Source of the DNA: Eledone cirrhosa
Taxonomy: Eukaryota
Length of the DNA: 64,000 bases
Assembly: GCA_964016885.1 (NCBI GenBank)
Contig: OZ024745.1
Coordinates: 28,272,001-28,336,000 of the forward strand
Direction of reading: 5' to 3'
A program made the position numbers and the translations under genes. Numbering within the stretch: the stretch's first letter is position 1; each line of letters starts with the position of its first letter. Below are positions 1 to 12,500 of this stretch, piece by piece. Below the pieces are notes generated by a model, which was given only the letters and a program-made list of their open reading frames with translations, searched no databases and was not told the DNA's origin.

Positions 1-1355
1 GTCCTGTAACATACATTATAGAATAATATAGAGACAGATCTTTGGGTAACCACTGAGGACAGCATAGTGAAGGGCAGTCCTTCTGTCCTGTGACATACAT
101 TATAGAATAATATAGAGACAGATCTTTGGGTAACCACTGAGGACAGCATAGTGAAGGGCAGTCCTTCTGTCCTGTAACATACATTATAGAATAATATAGA
201 GACAGATCTTTGGGTAACCACTGAGGACAGCATAGTGAAGGGCAGCCCTTCTGTCCTGTAACATACATTATAGAATAATATAGAGACAGATCTTTGGGTA
301 ACCACTGAGGACAGCATAGTGAAGGGCAGTCCTTCTGTCCTGTAACATACATTATATAATAATATAGAGACAGATCTTTGGGTAACCACTGAGGACAGCA
401 TAGTGAAGGGCAGTCCTTCTGTCCTGTAACATACATTATAGAATAATATAGAGACAGATCTTTGGGTAACCACTGAGGACAGCATAGTGAAGGGCAGTCC
501 TTCTGTCCTGTAACATACATTATAGAATAATATAGAGACAGATCTTTGGGTAACCACTGAGGACAGCATAGTGAAGGGCAGTCCTTCTGTCCTGTAACAT
601 ACATTATAGAATAATATAGAGACAGATCTTTGGGTAACCACTGAGGACAGCATAGTGAAGGGCAGCCCTTCTGTCCTGTAACATACATTATAGAATAATA
701 TAGAGACAGATCTTTGGGTAACCACTGAGGACAGCATAGTGAAGGGCAGTCCTTCTGTCCTGTAACATACATTATATAATAATATAGAGACAGATCTTTG
801 GGTAACCACTGATGACAGCATAGTGAAGGGCAGTCCTTCTGTCCTGTAACATACATTATAGAATAATATAGAGACAGATCTTTGGGTAACCACTGAGGAC
901 AGCATAGTGAAGGGCAGTCCTTCTGTCCTGTGACATACATTATAGAATAATATAGAGACAGATCTTTGGGTAACCACTGAGGACAGCATAGTGAAGGGCA
1001 GTCCTTCTGTCCTGTAACATACATTATAGAATAATATAGAGACAGATCTTTGGGTAACCACTGAGGACAGCATAGTGAAGGGCAGCCCTTCTGTCCTGTA
1101 ACATACATTATATAATAATATAGAGACAGATCTTTGGGTAACCACTGAGGACAGCATAGTGAAGGGCAGTCCTTCTGTCCTGTAACATACATTATATAAT
1201 AATATAGAGACAGATCTTTGGGTAACCACTGAGGACAGCATAGTGAAGGGCAGTCCTTCTGTCCTGTAACATACATTATAGAATAATATAGAGACAGATC
1301 TTTGGGTAACCACTGAGGACAGCATAGTGAAGGGCAGTCCTTCTGTCCTGTGACA
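1..1355 (-). repeat. 84-bp tandem array (~16 units, runs off the window start); each unit is an intron 3' end plus the 5' part of an ankyrin exon
   Basis: Identical phase recurs at 1, 421, 841 and 1261 (5x84). The minus-strand unit reads ...tatgttacag|GAC AGA AGG ACT GCC CTT CAC TAT GCT GTC CTC AGT GGT TAC CCA AAG ATC TGT (DRRTALHYAVLSGYPKIC). Confidence 0.95.
1294..1347 (-). CDS. 5' part of the next ankyrin exon (first of the repeated copies; the complete exon presumably lies left of the window)
   Basis: Acceptor tatgtcacag at 1348-1357, then DRRTALHYAVLSGYPKIC with the TxLHxA ankyrin motif. Read-through hits TAA at 1278-1276. Confidence 0.6.
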
Positions 1356-1374
1356 TATATTATTGAATAATGGT

Positions 1375-1515
1375 TTCTGATTTAGGCACAAAGCCAACAA
1401 TTTTTGGAGAGTGGAAAGTCGATTAAATCGACTTCAGTACATTACTGGTACTTCATTTTATCGATCCCTTAAGAATGAAAAATAAAGCTAACCTAAACGT
1501 GATTTGATCTCAGAG
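1375..1515 (-). mobile_element. Degenerate Nin/Deu-domain SINE
   Basis: ctggtacttcattttatcgatccc...atgaaa matches the SINE family at 4239-4422. Confidence 0.65.
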
Positions 1516-1640
1516 CGTATTATAGAATAATGCAACCAATCAATGCTGTAGAGTGATTGGTAATTGGAATGAAATCCAACCAGAAAAAATAAAACATGCC
1601 AAAACCTTGACTAGCACAGGAATTTAAAGTACATACTTAC

Positions 1641-1777
1641 CCTGTCAGTGTCAAATGGGGCTCTTGCTTGAAGTAACTCCTCAACTTTATCTAGCTGGCC
1701 CTTACTTGCAGCCAACCTCAGTTTATCAGCCAATGACACTGTGGGGAGATTACTGTAGCTTACTTCTGTAGGTGGAT
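1641..1777 (-). CDS. ANKRD6: Coding exon of an ankyrin-repeat protein, ANKRD6/diversin/diego-like (orthology tentative)
   Basis: Acceptor ctctctcttcattacag and donor AGG|gtaagtat flank 137 bp that translate as [45 protein letters not shown]. It joins in phase 0 to DRRTALHYA. By recollection it aligns ungapped to the ANKRD6 N-terminus ([40 protein letters not shown]). Confidence 0.7.
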
Positions 1778-1796
1778 CTGTAATGAAGAGAGAGAC

Positions 1797-2362
<566 letters not shown>

Positions 2363-2493
2363 AAGTTTATCCCGGGTTCAATCGGGGGTAACCACAGTAA
2401 GTAAGGTACTCAATACAAAGCAGAGTATAAATATTTAATGTAGAAAGGCTTCTACAGGACTAGAACTGTTTCATTCCGGAGAAATCATCAGGG

Positions 2494-2540
2494 CTTCCTG
2501 ATGATTTCTCTGGAATGAAACAGTTCTAGTCCTGTAGAAG
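2494..2540 (+). ncRNA. Type I hammerhead ribozyme motif in a Penelope-like pLTR fragment
   Basis: cttc-CTGATGA-tttctctggaat-GAAA-cag..ctg-TA-gaag; it sits in the fold-back 2436-2553. Confidence 0.8.
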
Positions 2541-2549
2541 TCTTTCTAC

Positions 2550-2599
<50 letters not shown>

Positions 2600-2739
2600 A
2601 GAGTTAAACAAAATTCAATGAGTATATTAAAGAATGAGTTTTACAGTAGATTGTAAGCACTCTACGGTAAAATTATTTTCTGGGGTTATTAATATTAGAA
2701 TATAAATATTAATAAAATAGATGTTCTTTTGATCAATTC

Positions 2740-2794
2740 CATTTTATTATACATATTTCGGATGTACAACAGTACGTCCTCATCAGACAAAATA
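2740..2794 (-). ncRNA. Minimal type I hammerhead ribozyme motif (Penelope-like pLTR)
   Basis: tattttgt-CTGATGA-ggacgtac tgtt gtacatcc-GAAA-tatgta-TA-ataaaatg. Confidence 0.85.
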
Positions 2795-3823
2795 TAATGA
2801 TACATGACATACCCTGAGATGTTAAATGGTTAAGATTTAATCAAGGTAGTGATTAACCTAAGAGAAAATTTAACATTTATACCCTAATAATGAAAAAATT
2901 CGAAAACGTAATAAATTCAATAGAGAATGTGTGAGTAAGAAAAACGTTGCTTAATGTACCAGTTATATAGATTTTAATATGTATGATACTACAATTCATC
3001 TAGGAAAGCATTTCATGAATTATAACAGTCAGTGAGAGAGAGGGAAAGATGAGGGCGTAATGTATGCAGAAGGAGATTTTTCCCCGAAAGTTATACGGTT
3101 ATGTTTTCAAAATATTTAATTTATGTTATCTTAGGGTGAAGAATCAATATTTTAGGGGTGTTTTTTAAATTGGTGGTTATTTATATATTAGTTTTGTAAA
3201 TTTTATAAGTGTGTTAACACTTCTAAGCTTCTGAATTTTTTTATGATAAGATTTAAAGGATTTAGCTGGCCATTATTAAGGAAAGTTTACACTGTTGAAT
3301 ATTTTCCTAAATGTAATCTTTAATGAAGTTAGTCATTGTCAACGTATTAGGTATGTAAAGCTTTTGAAGTACTTATTGTTAGAAAAATTTAAATAACGGT
3401 TATGTATATAGATATATATTAAATAATGAGCCAGGTAAATTATAATGAAAACAAAATAAAATAAAATAAAAATAATAGATTGAGGCATGTTAAAATTAAA
3501 TATATACCCATATATAACTGTGTGTAAATGTATTAATTATTCCTAGCTCAAAGTAAAAACAATCAAAAAATTTAGAAGTTAACTGAAAATTATGTATAGA
3601 AAGATACAGGGAGTTATATTGTATTAGGTAATAGTGATACAGTATACTTTAGGTAAATGATAACGGTTATAATTTTATATTATAAAGTTCTACGTGTTAA
3701 AGTTAAATACATATATATATATAAGAAAAACAATAATAAATGCATGGATAATTCATAGTTCAAAATAATGTTTATAATAATTTGTAATTTGGATATTTGC
3801 TCTATATTTGAATCATGGATATA

Positions 3824-3957
3824 ATAATTGTTTCTACGTTTGGCACAAGGCCAGCAATTACCCAGAGCATTACTGGTACTTTATTTTATCGACCCCGTAA
3901 GGATGAAAGGCAAAGTTAACCTCGGCGGGATTTGAACTCAGAATGGCAAGGGCCATA
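3824..3957 (-). mobile_element. 5'-truncated Nin/Deu-domain SINE in the left pLTR arm only
   Basis: Absent from the right arm at ~6035; ataataat is duplicated on both sides. Confidence 0.85.
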
Positions 3958-4238
3958 ATAATGCGGTATGTATATTTAAAAAACATAGAAAATATAATTA
4001 CATACATATTATAAATAAGAGATCAGAAACGCATGAAAAATTCACAGTTATAAATAAGTTCAGTAAAGATGTAAGGGTTGGATATAAAACTCAGATTTAA
4101 AACTTAAGTAGGAAGATAAGGATAGAGAAATAAAGAAATAATGGTATGGATCAAATCGACAGAATAATGTTATGTGTATCAATGTTCAAGCATGTTATTG
4201 AACAAGTGTCTTTCATTCGAGCGTTATTTCTTCTATAG

Positions 4239-4422
4239 GGCGGTGGATTGGCAGTATCGGTAGAGGGTCGGACGCCATGCTTTCCAGCATAGTTACGTCC
4301 CTTTACGATCTGAGTTCAAATCCCGCCGAGGTTGACTTTGCCTTTCATCTTTACGGGGTCGATAAAATAAAGTACCAGTAATGCACTGGATAATTGCTGG
4401 CCTTGTGCATAAAGTAGAAACA
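4239..4422 (+). mobile_element. Full-length tRNA-derived Nin/Deu-domain SINE with 16-bp TSD
   Basis: A-box-like tggcagtatcgg, B-box gagttcaaatcc, domain gactttgcctttcatc..ggggtcgataaaataaagtaccag. TSD gttatttcttctatag at 4223-4238 and 4423-4438. Confidence 0.9.
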
Positions 4423-4540
4423 GTTATTTCTTCTATAGATAGTTATAAGATAGTGCAATATTAAAGGCCACTGAAGTTTTTCCCTGTTGATTTAATCGTC
4501 TGACAACCAAGTTTTTAATGGTTTAATGTTTCTCTCTCTT

Positions 4541-5626
4541 AGTTAATTTCCTAGACGTTACCTTTAACTTAAACACTGGCTTCTATTACCCTTTTCATAA
4601 GCCCAATGAAAACTTAAACTATGTTAGTAACCATTCCAATCACCCTAAATCTGTAAAAAAAGCTATAGTAAATAGTGTGGAAAAACGAATTAATAAAATA
4701 TCAGCCAATAAACATATATTCGATCAAAACGCTGAATACTACAACAACGAGTTAAGAAGAGCAGGATATACGAATAACATAGAATATGTAGATAATAATA
4801 ATCCAAGTATTAATCTTAATAAAAATAATAACAATTCAAACACCCATACGCCAAATAAATCGAGGATAAGAGCTAGAACTAAACCAGTCATATGGTTTCC
4901 CCCACTGCTTCTCTCGCAGTTAAAACACCAATCGCAAAATTATTCTTTAAAGCTCTTGACACCTCTTTCCCTACTCAACATAAATACCATTCCATTTTCA
5001 ATAGACATACAATTAAATTCTCGTATTCTACAACCAGTAACATGGCCCAAAACATCGCCAAATTAAACACTAAAATCCTTAAACAAAACCACCATAATGA
5101 TATTAATAATAGAGTTAACATAAATGATACTAAACCTAAATGTAATTGTAGAAATAAAACTGATTGCCCTATGCAAAATAATTGTTTAGATAATAATTTG
5201 GTTTATAAATGCACCGTAAAAACTGATCACAATACATACAACTTCATAGGATCGACTTCTTCCACTTTTAAAGCCAGATTTGCGAACCATAAATGCTCAT
5301 TCTCGAACTCAAAGAGGAAATCATCCACGTCTTTATCACAGCTCATATGGTCATTAAAAGAGAAGAATTTAAAATACTCCATTCTTTGGACAAAACTTCG
5401 GAACTGTGGAGTTTACCACAACTCTAGTATATCAAATAACTGTGCACTCTGTACAATGGAGACCCTGTTGATTATTAATAACTACGAGACCCTAATTAAC
5501 AAAAAAAGTGAATTATTCTCTAGTTGCCTCCATACAGCTACGTCCACATTCTTAGCCTCCCACAAAACGAGAAAAAAAAGAGAGAAAAACATTAAACCAT
5601 TAAAAACTTGGTTGTCAGACGTATAA
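4541..5626 (+). pseudogene. Penelope-like RT C-terminus, CxC-x4-C linker and GIY-YIG endonuclease; 5'-truncated and frameshifted near 4905
   Basis: VNFLDVTFNL, SNHP, WFPP, KCNCRNKTDCPMQNNCL, LVYKC...FIGST..FKARFANH, CALCTME, NKKSE. Confidence 0.9.
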
Positions 5627-5696
5627 AATCATCAGGGAAAAACTTTAGTGGCCTTTAATATTGCACTATCTTATAACTATCTATAGAAGAAATAAC

Positions 5697-5757
5697 TATT
5701 TCTACTTTAGGCACAAGGACAGCAATTACCCAGTGCATTACTGGTACTTTATTTTAT
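5697..5757 (-). mobile_element. 61-bp 3' fragment of the same SINE family with the same 16-bp TSD
   Basis: ctatagaagaaataac at 5681-5696 and 5758-5773. Confidence 0.85.
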
Positions 5758-6136
5758 CTATAGAAGAAATAACGCTCGAATGAAAGACACTTGTTCAATA
5801 AGATGCCGGAATATTGATACACATAACATTATTCTGTCGATTTTGATCCATACCATTATTTCTTTATTTCTCTATCCTTATCTTCCTACATAAGTTTTAA
5901 ATCTGAGTTTTATATCCAACCCTTACATCTTTACCGAACTTATTTATAACTGTGAATTTTTCATGCATTTCTGATCTCTTATTTAAAATATGTATGTAAT
6001 TATATTCTCTATGTTTTTAAATATACATACCGCATTATTATATCCATGATTCAAATATAGAGCAAATATCCAAATTACAAATTATTATAAACATTATTTT
6101 GAACTATGAATTATCCATGCATTTATTATTGTTTTT

Positions 6137-6236
<100 letters not shown>

Positions 6237-6337
6237 GAGAGAGACAGAGAAAAAGAGAGAGAGAGCATCAGGAGAGTTTAGAAACAATACTAACAGGTGG
6301 TTATGGCAGTAGGGACATGTAAACATACACACACACA

Positions 6338-6505
6338 ATCATCTTCATTTTATATTAACATTCCATGCTGGTGTAGGTTGGACAGATCATCACAGTCTGA
6401 GATTAGACAGGTCAAAGGTTATGCTTACACATTCCATATTTTGACATGGTTCCTACAGATGGATGCTCTTCCAAACACCAGGTGCCTCTTTACAGAGTGC
6501 ATTGG
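6338..6505 (-). mobile_element. Degenerate RTE-type 3' tail hosting the 48-bp array (resumes at about 23667-23700)
   Basis: atcatc...ttccatgctggtgtaggttggac...ctacagatggatgctcttccaaacacca parallels the RTE 3' UTR at 37484-37650. Confidence 0.7.
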
Positions 6506-9500
6506 GTCTATTTTATCATATCACCTGTACTATCACTCTACAGGTTGTTCTAGGTCTATTTTATCATATCACCTGCACTATCACTCTACAGATTGTTCTA
6601 GGTCTATTTTATCATGTCACCTGTACTATCACTCTACAGGTTGTTCTAGGTCTATTTTATCATATCACCTGCACTATCACTCTACAGGTTGTTCTAGGTC
6701 TATTTTATCATATCACCTGCACTATCACTCTACAGATTGTTCTAGGTCTATTTTATCATGTCACCTGTACTATCACTCTACAGGTTGTTCTAGGTCTATT
6801 TTATCATGTCACCTGTACTATCACTCTACAGATTGTTCTAGGTCTATTTTATCATATCACCTGTACTATCACTCTACAGATTGTTCTATGTCTATTTTAT
6901 CATGTCACCTGTACTATCACTCTACAGATTGTTCTAGGTCTATTTTATCATATCACCTGTACTATCACTCTACAGGTTGTTCTAGGTCTATTTTATCATA
7001 TCACCTGTACTATCACTCTACAGATTGTTCTAGGTCTATTTTATCATATCACCTGTACTATCACTCTACAGATTGTTCTAGGTCTATTTTATCATATCAC
7101 CTGTACTATCACTCTACAGATTGTTCTAGGTCTATTTTATCATATCACCTGTACTATCACTCTACAGATTGTTCTAGGTCTATTTTATCATATCACCTGT
7201 ACTATCACTCTACAGATTGTTCTAGGTCTATTTTATCATATCACCTGTACTATCACTCTACAGATTGTTCTAGGTCTATTTTATCATATCACCTGTACTA
7301 TCACTCTACAGGTTGTTCTAGGTCTATTTTATCATATCACCTGTACTATCACTCTACAGGTTGTTCTAGGTCTATTTTATCATATCACCAGCACTATCAC
7401 TCTACAGGTTGTTTTAGGTCTATTTTATCATATCACCTGTACTATCACTCTACAGGTTGTTCTAGGTCTATTTTATCATATCACCTGTACTATCACTCTA
7501 CAGGTTGTTCTATGTCTATTTTATCATATCACCTGTAGTATCACTCTACAGGTTGTTCTAGGTCTATTTTATCATATCACCTGTACTATCACTCTACAGA
7601 TTGTTCTATGTCTATTTTATCATATCACCTGTACTATCACTCTACAGATTGTTCTAGGTCTATTTTATCATATCACCTGTACTATCACTCTACAGATTGT
7701 TCTAGGTCTATTTTATCATATCACCTGTACTATCACTCTACAGATTGTTCTAGGTCTATTTTATCATATCACCTGTACTATCACTCTACAGATTGTTCTA
7801 GGTCTATTTTATCATATCACCTGTACTATCACTCTACAGGTTGTTCTAGGTCTATTTTATCATATCACCAGCACTATCACTCTACAGATTGTTCTAGGTC
7901 TATTTTATCATATCACCTGTACTATCACTCTACAGATTGTTCTAGGTCTATTTTATCATCTCACCTGTACTATCACTCTACAGGTTGTTCTATGTCTATT
8001 TTATCATATCACCTGTAGTATCACTCTACAGGTTGTTCTAGGTCTATTTTATCATGTCACCTGTACTATCACTCTACAGATTGTTCTAGGTCTATTTTAT
8101 CATGTCACCTGTACTATCACTCTACAGATTGTTCTAGGTCTATTTTATCATATCACCTGTACTATCACTCTACAGATTGTTCTAGGTCTATTTTATCATA
8201 TCACCTGTACTATCACTCTACAGGTTGTTCTAGCTCTATTTTATCATATCACCTGTACTATCACTCTACAGGTTGTTCTAGGTCTATTTTATCATATCAC
8301 CTGTAGTATCACTCTACAGGTTGTTCTAGGTCTATTTTATCATATCACCTGTACTAACACTCTACAGGTTGTTCTAGGTCTATTTTATCATATCACCTGT
8401 AGTATCACTCTATGGATTTTTCTAGGTCTATTTTATCATATCACCAGGACTATCACTCTACAGATTGTTCTATGTCTATTTTATCATCTCACCTGTACTA
8501 TCACTCTACAGGTTGTTCTAGGTCTATTTTATCATATCACCTGTACTATCACTCTACAGGTTGTTCTAGCTCTATTTTATCATGTCACCTGTACTATCAC
8601 TCTACAGGTTGTTCTAGCTCTATTTTATCATATCACCTGTACTATCACTCTACAGATTGTTCTGGGTCTATTTTATCATATCACCTGTACTATCACTCTA
8701 CAGGTTGTTCTAGGTCTATTTTATCATGTCACCAGCACTATCACTCTACAGATTGTTCTATGTCTATTTTATCATATCACCTGTACTATCACTCTACAGA
8801 TTGTTTTAGGTCTATTTTATCATATCACCAGCACTATCACTCTACAGATTGTTCTAGGTCTATTTTATCATATCACCTGTACTATCACTCTACAGATTGT
8901 TCTAGGTCTATTTTATCATATCACCTGTAGTATCACTCTACAGATTGTTCTAGGTCTATTTTATCATGTCACCAGCACTATCACTCTACAGATTGTTCTA
9001 TGTCTATTTTATCATATCACCTGTACTATCACTCTACAGATTGTTCTAGGTCTATTTTATCATATCACCTGTACTATCACTCTACAGATTGTTCTAGGTC
9101 TATTTTATCATATCACCTGTACTATCACTCTACCGATTGTTCTAGGTCTATTTTATCATATCACCTGTACTATCACTCTACAGATTGTTCTAGGTCTATT
9201 TTATCATATCACCTGTACTATCACTCTACAGATTGTTCTAGGTCTATTTTATCATATCACCTGTACTATCATTCTACAGATTGTTCTAGGTCTATTTTAT
9301 CATATCACCAGCACTATCACTCTACAGATTGTTCTAGGTCTATTTTATCATATCACCTGTACTATCACTCTACAGATTGTTCTAGGTCTATTTTATCATA
9401 TCACCAGCACTATCACTCTACAGGTTGTTCTAGCTCTATTTTATCATATCACCTGTACTATCACTCTACAGGTTGTTCTATGTCTATTTTATCATATCAC

Positions 9501-12500
9501 CTGTAGTATCACTCTACAGATTGTTCTAGGTCTATTTTATCATATCACCAGCACTATCACTCTACAGGTTGTTCTAGCTCTATTTTATCATATCACCTGT
9601 ACTATCACTCTACAGGTTGTTCTAGCTCTATTTTATCATATCACCTGTACTATCACTCTACAGGTTGTTCTAGCTCTATTTTATCATATCACCTGTACTA
9701 TCACTCTACAGGTTGTTCTAGCTCTATTTTATCATATCACCAGCACTATCACTCTACAGGTTGTTCTAGCTCTATTTTATCATATCACCTGTACTATCAC
9801 TCTACAGGTTGTTCTAGCTCTATTTTATCATATCACCAGCACTATCACTCTACAGGTTGTTCTAGCTCTATTTTATCATATCACCAGCACTATCACTCTA
9901 CAGATTGTTCTAGGTCTATTTTATCATATCACCTGTAGTATCACTCTACAGGTTGTTCTATGTCTATTTTATCATGTCACCTGTACTGTCACTCTACAGA
10001 TTGTTCTAGGTCTATTTTATCATATCACCTGTACTATCACTCTACAGATTGTTTTAGGTCTATTTTATCATATCACCAGCACTATCACTCTACAGATTGT
10101 TTTAGGTCTATTTTATCATATCACCTGTACTATCACTCTACAGATTGTTTTAGGTCTATTTTATCATGTCACCAGCACTATCACTCTACAGATTGTTCTA
10201 TGTCTATTTTATCATATCACCTGTACTATCACTCTACAGATTGTTTTAGGTCTATTTTATCATATCACCAGCACTATCACTCTACAGATTGTTCTAGGTC
10301 TATTTTATCATATCACCTGTACTATCACTCTACAGATTGTTCTAGGTCTATTTTATCATATCACCTGTACTATCACTCTACAGATTGTTCTAGGTCTATT
10401 TTATCATCTCACCTGCACTATCACTCTACAGATTGTTCTAGGTCTATTTTATCATCTCACCTGTACTATCACTCTACAGGTTGTTCTAGGTCTATTTTAT
10501 CATCTCACCTGTACTATCACTCTACAGGTTGTTCTAGGTCTATTTTATCATATCACCTGTACTATCACTCTACAGGTTGTTCTAGGTCTATTTTATCATA
10601 TCACCTGTACTATCACTCTACAGATTGTTCTAGGTCTATTTTATCATATCACCAGCACTATCACTCTACAGATTGTTCTAGGTCTATTTTATCATATCAC
10701 CAGTACTATCACTCTACAGGTTGTTCTAGGTCTATTTTATCATATCACCAGCACTATCACTCTACAGATTGTTCTAGGTCTATTTTATCATATCACCTGT
10801 ACTATCACTCTACAGGTTGTTCTAGGTCTATTTTATCATATCACCAGCACTATCACTCTACAGATTGTTCTAGGTCTATTTTATCATATCACCTGTACTA
10901 TCACTCTACAGATTGTTCTAGGTCTATTTTATCATCTCACCTGTACTATCACTCTACAGGTTGTTCTAGGTCTATTTTATCATCTCACCTGTACTATCAC
11001 TCTACAGGTTGTTCTATGTCTATTTTATCATATCACCTGTAGTATCACTCTACAGGTTGTTCTATGTCTATTTTATCATATCACCTGTACTATCACTCTA
11101 CAGATTGTTCTAGGTCTATTTTATCATATCACCTGTACTATCACTCTACAGGTTGTTCTAGGTCTATTTTATCATATCACCAGCACTATCACTCTACAGA
11201 TTGTTCTAGGTCTATTTTATCATATCACCTGTACTATCACTCTACAGGTTGTTCTAGGTCTATTTTATCATATCACCAGCACTATCACTCTACAGATTGT
11301 TCTAGGTCTATTTTATCATATCACCTGTACTATCACTCTACAGATTGTTCTAGGTCTATTTTATCATCTCACCTGTACTATCACTCTACAGGTTGTTCTA
11401 TGTCTATTTTATCATCTCACCTGTACTATCACTCTACAGGTTGTTCTATGTCTATTTTATCATATCACCTGTAGTATCACTCTACAGGTTGTTCTAGGTC
11501 TATTTTATCATATCACCTGTACTATCACTCTACAGGTTGTTCTAGGTCTATTTTATCATGTCACCTGTACTATCAATCTACAGATTGTTCTAGGTCTATT
11601 TTATCATGTCACCTGTACTATCACTCTACAGATTGTTCTAGGTCTATTTTATCATATCACCTGTACTATCACTCTACAGATTGTTCTATGTCTATTTTAT
11701 CATGTCACCTGTACTATCACTACAGGTTGTTCTAGGTCTATTTTATCATATCACCTGTACTATCACTCTACAGGTTGTTCTATGTCTATTTTATCATATC
11801 ACCTGTACTATCACTCTACAGATTGTTCTAGGTCTATTTTATCATATCACCTGTACTATCACTCTACAGATTGTTCTAGGTCTATTTTATCATATCACCT
11901 GTACTATCACTTTACAGATTGTTCTAGGTCTATTTTATCATATCACCTGTACTATCACTCTACAGGTTGTTCTAGGTCTATTTTATCATATCACCTGTAC
12001 TATCACTCTACAGGTTGTTCTAGGTCTATTTTATCATATCACCTGTACTATCACTCTACAGGTTGTTCTAGGTCTATTTTATCATATCACCTGTACTATC
12101 ACTCTACAGATTGTTCTAGCTCTATTTTATCATATCACCTGTAGTATCACTCTACAGATTGTTCTATGTCTATTTTATCATATCACCTGTACTATCACTC
12201 TACAGATTGTTCTAGGTCTATTTTATCATATCACCTGTACTATCACTCTACAGATTGTTCTAGGTCTATTTTATCATATCACCTGTACTATCACTCTACA
12301 GGTTGTTCTAGGTCTATTTTATCATATCACCTGTACTATCACTGTACAGATTGTTCTAGGTCTATTTTATCATATCACCTGTACTATCACTCTACAGGTT
12401 GTTCTAGGTCTATTTTATCATGTCACCAGCACTATCACTCTACAGATTGTTCTAGGTCTATTTTATCATATCACCTGCACTATCACTCTACAGATTGTTC

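Noticed and set aside
1-1355. 84-bp array as a hammerhead-bearing satellite (CTGAGGA plus hairpins) or a CRISPR array
   Set aside because: There is no GAAA core half and no unique spacers; the exon-junction origin explains it.
4239-4330. tRNA genes at SINE heads
   Set aside because: A/B boxes are present but there is no cloverleaf, and they continue into SINE bodies with TSDs.
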